A program made the position numbers and the translations under genes. The notes below the pieces were generated by a model. That model saw only the letters and a program-made list of their open reading frames with translations, had not been told where the DNA came from and made no database searches. Positions 25,344 through 32,000 of a stretch of DNA of 32,000 nt are shown piece after piece; the first letter of the stretch is position 1, and each line of letters begins with the position of its first letter. Origin of the DNA: Edaphobacter aggregans (lineage in GTDB: Bacteria > Acidobacteriota > Terriglobia > Terriglobales > Acidobacteriaceae); NCBI RefSeq assembly GCF_003945235.1, contig NZ_RSDW01000001.1:2880001-2912000 (forward strand), written 5' to 3'.

Positions 25344-26789
25344 ATGGCGACGCCCCTTAGTTCGCAGGAACGGTTTGCCCTTGGACAACAACGCCGCAAA
25401 GATGTACGCCGGGCGGATCATGCGGTTTGCAACACGAAGGAGCGGCGCGAGGATCCGCTGAAGTTGATGGAGGCCTCGATGCGCGGGCGGGTGCCGGCGC
25501 TGGTGTCGCTGAAGTATGAGCGGATGGCGGCGTCACCGTTCGGGTACTTCCGCGGTGCAGTGCCTGTAATGGCGTACGACCTGTCACTTACGAGAAACAC
25601 AGGTATCCTGACTCAACTGTGCGGCGATGCCCATGTGCGAAACCTTGGCGCGTTTGCCGGGCCGGATGGACGGCTGGTCTTCGACATCAACGACTTTGAC
25701 GAGACGATCGTAGGGCCGTTTGAGTGGGACGTGAAGCGCATGGCTACCAGTCTCGTATTGGCAGGACGCGAGGCCGGAGCGAAGGATGTACGATGCCGCG
25801 ACGCCGCCAGCGTATTCCTTGAGCGGTACCGGACGACGATGGCCACGTTTGCGCGAATGCCGGTGCTGGAGGTGGCGCGGCACCAGGTGCACCGGTTGCG
25901 GGATGTGTCGCCTGTGGAAGGGATTCTGCGGCTGGCAGAGCGGGCCACGCCGATGCATACGCTGCTGTCGCTAACGGAAGTGGAGGGCGGAGAGGTTAGG
26001 GCTACCGGAAAGAAGATTGCAACGAAGACAGCGGCCAAGACTGCAGCGAAGGCGGCCAAGCCGAAGACGACAGAGAGGCAGACACGCATCTTCAAGTCGA
26101 TACCTCCCGTGTTGACCCGGGTGACCGGGGCGATGGCCGAGAAGGTGGTCGCGTCGCTGGTGCCGTATACCGATAGCCTGCTTCGCGAACGGCGACATTT
26201 TCTTTCGCAATACAGGCCGATGGACGTGGCGTTCAAGGTCGTGGGGACGGGTTCGGTGGGTTTGCGCGACTACTGTATCTATATGGAGGGGAATGGAGCA
26301 AGGGATCCACTGTTCCTGCAGGTTAAGGAAGAGGTGCAATCGGGCTATGCGCCCTATGTGGATCAGGCGGGTGGCAGATCGAATCGCCGTGCGTCGTATC
26401 ACCAGGGCCGGCGGGTGGTGGAGGGTGAGCGTGCCATGCAGTTGCAGTCCGATCCGTTTCTGGGATGGACGACGATGGAAGGACGCGACTACCTGGTGCG
26501 TCAGTTGAACGATCATAAGGCGTCGATCCAACTCGAGGAGCTACGGGCGGCTGGTTTGATGGAGTATGCGGGGATCTGCGGCGAACTGCTGGCTCGGGGG
26601 CACGCGCGGGCGGGTGATTGCTCGATGCTGGCGGGATATCTGGGGAATTCGACGCGGTTCGACGAGGCGGTAGTGGCGTTCGCCATGACCTATGCGGACC
26701 AGACGGAGCAGGATTGGCGCGAGCTGGTGCTGTCGATGAAAAAGACTGGCAAAACGATAGCGAGGAAAGCGGCAAAAAAGCGAAGCTGA
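25344..26789 (+). CDS. DUF2252-family protein
   Basis: KYERMAASPFGYFRGA, LCGDAHVRNLGAF, LVFDINDFDET and VRQLNDHKASI resemble the DUF2252 family signature as I recall it. It also contains a Lys/Ala-rich insertion and tail. AAAGGA Shine-Dalgarno upstream. Confidence 0.75.
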   Translation: MATPLSSQERFALGQQRRKDVRRADHAVCNTKERREDPLKLMEASMRGRVPALVSLKYERMAASPFGYFRGAVPVMAYDLSLTRNTGILTQLCGDAHVRNLGAFAGPDGRLVFDINDFDETIVGPFEWDVKRMATSLVLAGREAGAKDVRCRDAASVFLERYRTTMATFARMPVLEVARHQVHRLRDVSPVEGILRLAERATPMHTLLSLTEVEGGEVRATGKKIATKTAAKTAAKAAKPKTTERQTRIFKSIPPVLTRVTGAMAEKVVASLVPYTDSLLRERRHFLSQYRPMDVAFKVVGTGSVGLRDYCIYMEGNGARDPLFLQVKEEVQSGYAPYVDQAGGRSNRRASYHQGRRVVEGERAMQLQSDPFLGWTTMEGRDYLVRQLNDHKASIQLEELRAAGLMEYAGICGELLARGHARAGDCSMLAGYLGNSTRFDEAVVAFAMTYADQTEQDWRELVLSMKKTGKTIARKAAKKRS

Positions 26790-26805
26790 AAACTGTCCAA
26801 GCTGA

Positions 26806-26843
26806 TGCTGCGCCACGACTTCTCTGTTGTAGCCGTGGTGCAG
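26806..26843 (+). other. 11-bp stem hairpin between the DUF2252 gene and the receptor gene (terminator without U-tract, or 5'-UTR structure)
   Basis: GCTGCGCCACG(26806-26816)-16 nt-CGTGGTGCAGC(26833-26843), with one G-U pair. No clear T-run follows. Confidence 0.35.
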
Positions 26844-26903
26844 CAATCATCTATTCATCTTGCAGTCATCGTCCCTACATATTGGCGCTCTACGTTAGCG
26901 CTT

Positions 26904-29900
26904 ATGCGTACATATTTTGGTTATTTCCTCACAGCGCTGCTGTGTGTGTTTTTACTCCCTGGGGCCGTCTTCGCACAGTACGAAAACGGCAGCATTGTCG
27001 GGACTGTTCGGGATGGCTCCGGCGCAGTTATATCCGGAGCAACAGTCACCGTCACTAACATCGCCACCGGAGTGGTGAGCATGCGTACCACCAACGATAG
27101 CGGCGACTATGAAGTTCCGGCGCTGCACGTTGGCCAATACAACGTCCAGATCACACATGAGGGCTTTTCGCCGGCGCGGGCGACGGACATCACGGTCTCG
27201 GTTGCTTCGCGGCAGCGTATCGACCTAACCCTGAAGGTGGGGGAGACGGCTACGACGGTTGAGGTCTCGGGCGTTTCGTTGCAGGTGGAGACGGATACGA
27301 GCCAACGCGGACAGATCGTGACGCAGTATCAGTCTGAGGCTTTGCCGCTGGTGAGCCGTAATTACTCTGATCTGCTGGGGCTGGTAACGGGTGTGCGTCA
27401 GGCCCCCACGGCCGCGACGACCAGCTCCATCAGCAGCGTTGCGCGTGCAGGCGCGTACAACGTCAATGGCCAGCGCAGCATGTTCAACAACTTCCTTCTG
27501 GACGGCATGGACAACAACGCTTACGGGGAGAGCAACCAGGGCTTCGACAACCAGATCATCGCCGTTCCGCCGGACTCGGTCGCGCAGTTCAGCGTGGTCA
27601 CGAATAACGAGAGCGCCGAGTATGGCCGGTCTTCCGGAGCGACGATCAACACGGCTTCGGCAGGCGGAACGAACAATTTCCACGGCACAGTATATGAGTT
27701 CATCCGCAACACGGACCTGAATGCGGTCGGCTTCTTTAAGCCAACCCTTGGCGCCGTTCCCTTCCAAAAGCCCACCTTTAATCGCAATCAGTTCGGCGTG
27801 AACCTCGGCGGGCCTATCGTCAGGAACAAGCTGTTCTTCTTCCTTGACTATGAAGGCTTCCGGCAGACGCTCAAGCCGCTCAGTGTACTTACGCTGCCGA
27901 CGCAGAATGAGCTTAAGGGTGTCCTCGTGGCCTCGGTGAAGAACCCCCCGACGGGCGTCGTCTACCCGGCTGGAACTCCCATTCCGGCGAGCGCGATTAA
28001 TCCACTCTCGGCGCAGATCATATCGTTCTTCAAGCAGATCCCGGGACTGCCTCAGTCCGGTTCGGCTACGACAGGTCTTGCGTCGAATGACTACTCGGTG
28101 CAGGCGCCCTTTACTGACAACGCGGACAAGGGCGACCTTCGCCTGGACTACCAGCAGAACCCCAGCAGCTCGTGGTTTCTGCGCATCAGCGACCGCAAGG
28201 AAAACGCAGTTAACTACCCGACGATCCCGATCCCGCTTGACGGCCAGACCAACGGCAATATTCGCATTCTGGACCAGCAGATTGCGCTGGGCTATACGCA
28301 TCTGATGGGAGCGAACAAGATCGTGGACGCTCGCCTGGGGCTCTCGCGCACCAAGGCCGGCAAGTACAACCTCTCGATTGGGGACACGTCCTTCACGATT
28401 CCAGGACTGCCCAATAATCCGATTGTCGCCGGCGGCCTGCCTTCGATCGGCATCAACGGTTTTACCGGATTCGGCCGGCAGAGCACAAATCCGCAGTGGC
28501 AGAACCCGGCGTTGCTCGATCCCAAGGTTAACTTCACCTGGGTACGCGGCAACCACTCTCTGAAGTTCGGCTATGAGTACGAGCATATCTGGATGGCCGT
28601 CAACGACAACAATCCGCTCTACGGTTCTTACACCTATAACGGCGGGTACAGTGCTGTCGGGTCTCCCGTATCGGACAGCTATTGGGCGGACTTCCTCTTC
28701 GGCACAACGAACTCCTACTCGCTGGCCAACTACTTCGTTGCTCATCTTCGCCAGACGATGCACAGCGTCTACGCGCAGGATGACTGGAAGGTAAGCCCCA
28801 AGCTAACGCTGAACCTTGGCCTGCGCTGGGAGTATGGCTCGCCCTATTCAGAGCAGAACAATTACATCTCTAACTGGGATCCCACCTCACAGACTGTGTT
28901 GACCACCACCCCTGGCGCTGTTGCAGGGAACGGCATCACGCCTTACTCCGGAGGCGGAGTCTACGGTAAGACGCTGGTCAACCCCGATCTCAATGACTTC
29001 GCTCCACGTATTGGCTTCGCATACTCACCGCAGGCGAATACTTCGATCCGCGGCGGATTCGGCGTGAGCTTTGTGCACTACACACGCGCGGGCTCAGGCG
29101 ACATTCTGGCGATCAACGCTCCCCAAGCTCAATTTGCCAGTGTTACCCAGACCGCACCATCAGCGACAAACCCCCGCTGCACTACGCTGCCTGCACAGAT
29201 CATCGCTCCCGGTGCGACGACTCCAAGCTGCTATGCCACTGCCGAACAGGGTTTCCCTTCAGCCTTGGTGACGGCTTTCAACCCCGCGACAGACAACATC
29301 ACGTGGATTCCGAAGAACACGGCGGACAGCTATGTTGAGAACTACTTCCTCAGCGTGCAACGGGCGCTGTGGAAGAACAGCCTTCTCGACGTCGCTTATG
29401 TCGGCAACCACGGGCTGAAGCTGCAGGGCTTCCTGAACGCGAATCAGCTGAATCCTTCGGTTATAACCAACGGCAAGTTCACCCGGCCCTTCGGCAACTG
29501 GCCGAGCGACATCACGGCGGCGGTGAACTCGTTCTACTCGAACTACAACGCACTGCAGATCCGCTACGAGCAGCGCATGGTGGGCGGTCTGACCCTGTTG
29601 AACTCGTTCACCTGGGAGCACTCGCTGGATAACGCCAGCGCGTCGCTCGAAGGCAATACGCCTTCGCCCCAGGATGGAAACAACATCCGGGCCGATTATG
29701 CACAGTCGGACTATAACCTGCCCATCGCTAACATTACGAGCGTCATCTACGAGCTTCCCTTCGGCCACGGCCGCCGGTTCCTCAACGACTCCAACGGCTT
29801 TGTCGATGCACTGCTGGGCGGATGGCAACTCAGCGCCATCAACACCGCGCAGGCGGGCACGCCTTTCAACCTCGTCTACACAGCGAATGCCACTACCGCG

Positions 29901-30350
29901 GTCTCGCCGCAGATTGGTGCGACGTATCGCGGTGCGAACGAGTATCGTCCGAATATTGTTCCAGGGCAGAAGGTGACGCAGGATCGTTCTTCGCGTGCCG
30001 CCGGTACCGGGTATGTGAACTACATCAACTACAACGCCTTCTCACTGCCTGCAACCAAGAGCACATCGGGCGCATTGCTGAGCCCCTTCGGCAATGCATC
30101 GCGTAATCCTGGTCGCACGCCGGCGTTCTACCAGACGGACCTTGCTCTGAACAAGAAGTTCACCACACCAATCGAGCGCGTGAAGGTGGAGTTCCGTACA
30201 GAGTTCTACAACATCTTCAACCACACGAATCTGTATCTTCCTTCGAGTGGTCTGGGTGGAACGCTGGGCGGGACTCCGACCAGCGGCGGCGTCATCTCGA
30301 GCACCTTTGAGCCGCGCATCATCCAGTTCGGCCTGAAGGTGATGTTCTAA
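26904..30350 (+). CDS. TonB-dependent receptor with N-terminal carboxypeptidase regulatory-like domain (about 1148 aa)
   Basis: Signal peptide MRTYFGYFLTALLCVFLLPGAVFAQ. GSIVGTVRDGSGAVISGATVTVTNIATG...YEVPALHVGQYNVQITHEGF is the CarboxypepD_reg domain. A plug segment follows (NGQRSMFNNFLLDGMDNN...AEYGRSSGATIN). Barrel terminus FGLKVMF. The ORF opens at 26805, but ATG 26904 gives the signal peptide. Confidence 0.9.
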   Translation: MRTYFGYFLTALLCVFLLPGAVFAQYENGSIVGTVRDGSGAVISGATVTVTNIATGVVSMRTTNDSGDYEVPALHVGQYNVQITHEGFSPARATDITVSVASRQRIDLTLKVGETATTVEVSGVSLQVETDTSQRGQIVTQYQSEALPLVSRNYSDLLGLVTGVRQAPTAATTSSISSVARAGAYNVNGQRSMFNNFLLDGMDNNAYGESNQGFDNQIIAVPPDSVAQFSVVTNNESAEYGRSSGATINTASAGGTNNFHGTVYEFIRNTDLNAVGFFKPTLGAVPFQKPTFNRNQFGVNLGGPIVRNKLFFFLDYEGFRQTLKPLSVLTLPTQNELKGVLVASVKNPPTGVVYPAGTPIPASAINPLSAQIISFFKQIPGLPQSGSATTGLASNDYSVQAPFTDNADKGDLRLDYQQNPSSSWFLRISDRKENAVNYPTIPIPLDGQTNGNIRILDQQIALGYTHLMGANKIVDARLGLSRTKAGKYNLSIGDTSFTIPGLPNNPIVAGGLPSIGINGFTGFGRQSTNPQWQNPALLDPKVNFTWVRGNHSLKFGYEYEHIWMAVNDNNPLYGSYTYNGGYSAVGSPVSDSYWADFLFGTTNSYSLANYFVAHLRQTMHSVYAQDDWKVSPKLTLNLGLRWEYGSPYSEQNNYISNWDPTSQTVLTTTPGAVAGNGITPYSGGGVYGKTLVNPDLNDFAPRIGFAYSPQANTSIRGGFGVSFVHYTRAGSGDILAINAPQAQFASVTQTAPSATNPRCTTLPAQIIAPGATTPSCYATAEQGFPSALVTAFNPATDNITWIPKNTADSYVENYFLSVQRALWKNSLLDVAYVGNHGLKLQGFLNANQLNPSVITNGKFTRPFGNWPSDITAAVNSFYSNYNALQIRYEQRMVGGLTLLNSFTWEHSLDNASASLEGNTPSPQDGNNIRADYAQSDYNLPIANITSVIYELPFGHGRRFLNDSNGFVDALLGGWQLSAINTAQAGTPFNLVYTANATTAVSPQIGATYRGANEYRPNIVPGQKVTQDRSSRAAGTGYVNYINYNAFSLPATKSTSGALLSPFGNASRNPGRTPAFYQTDLALNKKFTTPIERVKVEFRTEFYNIFNHTNLYLPSSGLGGTLGGTPTSGGVISSTFEPRIIQFGLKVMF

Positions 30351-30371
30351 ACCGTACAAGTAAAACCAACC

Positions 30372-30413
30372 GATGGTCCCGTTGTGCGTCGATGTGACAG
30401 CAACGGGACCATC
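30372..30413. terminator. Bidirectional terminator hairpin between convergent receptor genes
   Basis: Perfect 13-bp inverted repeat GATGGTCCCGTTG(30372-30384)/CAACGGGACCATC(30401-30413) with a 16-nt loop, flanked by A/T-rich sequence on both sides (taaaaccaacc / gctttta). Confidence 0.75.
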
Positions 30414-30417
30414 GCTT

Positions 30418-32000
30418 TTAAAACGACAGCCGGGCCCCGAACTGGAACTGACGTGGATCGCTGGCGGCGGTCTCCTGCCCGGCGGCGGTGTAGAGCCTAT
30501 TCACATCGAGCGTGTTGTTCTTATTGATCAGGTTGAAGATGTCGGCTGTGACCTGAAGTCCCACTTCGTGCGAGAAGGTGAATGCCTTGGCAAAGCGTAG
30601 GTCGGTAAAGACCGTGTAGGGCCTGACGCCGATGTTGCGGCCGAGGTTTCCGTTGAAGTAGCTGCTGCCGGGAGCAGCATTGGCAGGAGCGTCGATGTAG
30701 CAGGGCAGGTTGAAAGCTCCGGTGGGCGAGTACTTCGACGCGACGGGAGCCGTGCCGCAACTGGTGGGGCCGCTGTTGAGAGCGACCGCGTTGGGACGGT
30801 CGGTGAGTGGGTTGAAGTCGAAGTTGGTGTCACTGCCGGTGAGCACGTTGAACGGGCGGCCCGACGATACTTCGAAGATCGGCGCGACTGTGACGTTCGA
30901 GAAGACCGCAGGGACGAAGCCTGAGCCGCCGAGCTTGCCTGAGTTATAAACTCCGGAGAGAACAAGGCGGCTACGCTGATCGAAGGACGAGGCGCTACGC
31001 TCGGCATTGGGGTTGAAGTTGTTCTGCGGGGCATCAGAGGTAGAGACGACGTCGGTGGAGTCGTCGATGGCGTGCGACCAGGTGTAGCTCACGAGGAACT
31101 CATAGTTGGTAGAGATACGCTTCCTGAGATTGGCGCTGAGGGCGTTGTAGCTGGAAGTTCCTGTGGTGAGGTTGGGCGACATGTCGCCAAAGGGAACGGG
31201 GAGGCCCACGCCGAGGCCGTCGATCGCGACAATCTGGCTGGCAAGCGCGACGCATTGGCCTGCTCCCTGACTGACCAGGAACGGCGCAAGCGAAGCGTTC
31301 AGGCCTGAGCGTCGGAAGAAGTTCAACAGCGGCGGCGCAACGTAGGGTCCGGCAGGACCGAGGCCGCAGGGTACGGTTCCGCTTGCGGTCGCTACGGTGA
31401 GCGGGTTCGAGGTAGGTCCGGCGACGGCGGACTGCGGGGTTCCAGGCAGCACCGATGCCGTGCCAGCTTTAACTGCGGCTACTGCGTTGCGCCAGTTGCC
31501 TACCAGCAACGCAGGATTGACCGGATTCACATTGACAGGCCGATTAAGGTGGCGGCCCCCAGTGGAGTTATACGCGATGTTGAGCGAGATGTTGTGGCCG
31601 AGATCCTGTTCGATGCCAAAGGAAATCTGCTGCACATAAGGCGTGGCGTAGTGCAGATCCGCAGGCAGACCGGAGGGAAGAATGGCGAGCGGGAATCCGG
31701 CGCTGAGGAAGTTCTGATTGGCGAAGATGGAGTTGGGATTGTTCGTGTCGAAGCGCTGCTCGCCGGGGAGATAGTTGAGGCTCGGAACAGGCAGGCAGTT
31801 GGCGTTCGAGAGCGAGCCCTGAAAAGTATTGGTCGCATTAAGATTCAGCGGGCTTACCGTGCTGGCAGCCGTACAGGGCGAGCCGCCAGCGAGGATGACC
31901 AGCGGCACTTCGGTGGAGTTGAAGACCATGGACTGCGACTCGAGGTTACCGGGAGCGCGGTCGTAGAAGAGGCCGTAGTTGGCGCGGATCACCGTTCTGC
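30418..32000 (-). CDS. TonB-dependent receptor-like outer-membrane protein, C-terminal barrel portion (5' end outside the window)
   Basis: The reading frame stays open past the listed GTG at 31992 to the window edge. Beta-barrel-type sequence with terminal FGARLSF, similar in style to the 26904..30350 product (e.g. FNLINKNN vs FYNIFNHTN near the C-terminus). Confidence 0.85.
   Translation of the reverse strand, partial: RTVIRANYGLFYDRAPGNLESQSMVFNSTEVPLVILAGGSPCTAASTVSPLNLNATNTFQGSLSNANCLPVPSLNYLPGEQRFDTNNPNSIFANQNFLSAGFPLAILPSGLPADLHYATPYVQQISFGIEQDLGHNISLNIAYNSTGGRHLNRPVNVNPVNPALLVGNWRNAVAAVKAGTASVLPGTPQSAVAGPTSNPLTVATASGTVPCGLGPAGPYVAPPLLNFFRRSGLNASLAPFLVSQGAGQCVALASQIVAIDGLGVGLPVPFGDMSPNLTTGTSSYNALSANLRKRISTNYEFLVSYTWSHAIDDSTDVVSTSDAPQNNFNPNAERSASSFDQRSRLVLSGVYNSGKLGGSGFVPAVFSNVTVAPIFEVSSGRPFNVLTGSDTNFDFNPLTDRPNAVALNSGPTSCGTAPVASKYSPTGAFNLPCYIDAPANAAPGSSYFNGNLGRNIGVRPYTVFTDLRFAKAFTFSHEVGLQVTADIFNLINKNNTLDVNRLYTAAGQETAASDPRQFQFGARLSF

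Noticed and set aside
27225-28763. A 512-aa ORF on the minus strand, the longest non-annotated ORF in the window.
   Set aside because: It lies entirely antisense to the TonB-dependent receptor gene. Its product is Arg/Val/Ala-rich low-information sequence (RRVLPLRICALPAESGK...) with no motif I recognise, and no start context stands out. Long antisense ORFs are expected in high-GC genes because stop codons are rare on the complementary frame. The plus-strand gene has unmistakable family motifs.
1-32000. A scan of the whole window for CRISPR arrays, IS elements or transposases, integrases, toxin-antitoxin pairs and defence-system hallmarks.
   Set aside because: I noticed no regularly spaced direct repeats, no terminal inverted repeats flanking an ORF, and no ORF with transposase, integrase, nuclease-helicase or reverse-transcriptase motifs. 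The only compositional outliers are the trpB-trpA insert and the AT-rich core at 19.2-19.3 kb, both reported above.

Overview
This is a high-GC chromosomal segment. Its gene content suggests an Acidobacteriota (Terriglobia-like) genome: two and a half very large TonB-dependent-receptor-like genes with N-terminal carboxypeptidase-regulatory-like domains, a PEP-CTERM protein, and many Tat- or Sec-exported enzymes. That taxonomic call is inference only. I support 26 protein-coding genes, two of them truncated by the window edges, and found no rRNA, tRNA, CRISPR array, transposase, integrase or phage genes.

Layout:
- 1-2.2 kb: M20 peptidase (3' part), PEP-CTERM protein, Maf.
- 2.3-10 kb: same-strand envelope cluster of an Ig/FN3 lipoprotein, a TonB-dependent-receptor-like protein, an exported acetamidase/formamidase and an orphan polytopic membrane protein, followed by a convergent alpha/beta hydrolase.
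- 10.9-17.8 kb: STAS protein, then an aromatic amino-acid block (trpB, an inserted secreted gene, trpA, chorismate mutase, DAHP synthase, prephenate dehydrogenase) plus ilvA.
- 17.9-19 kb: ddl.
- 19.6-23.8 kb: Tat small subunit, GMC flavoprotein and Tat TIM-barrel module, then a hexose-6-P mutarotase.
- 24-32 kb: outer-membrane barrel, DUF2252 protein, and two convergent giant TonB-dependent receptors separated by a perfect hairpin.

Most of the window is ordinary housekeeping or nutrient-uptake content, and I see no clear multi-gene novel system. The observations most worth a second look are:
1. An AT-richer gene for a secreted protein with an Ivy-like C-x-P-H-x-C loop, wedged between trpB and trpA and overlapping the trpB stop codon.
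2. A 290-bp leader upstream of trpB with a small Trp-containing ORF, hairpins and an intrinsic terminator.
3. A periplasmic GMC oxidoreductase, Tat hitch-hiker subunit and Tat-exported TIM-barrel trio that has no cytochrome subunit. This is compatible with an oxidative (keto-sugar) glycoside-processing module.
4. A 478-aa membrane protein I cannot assign to any family.

All family assignments come from reading motifs by eye. No database search was run.
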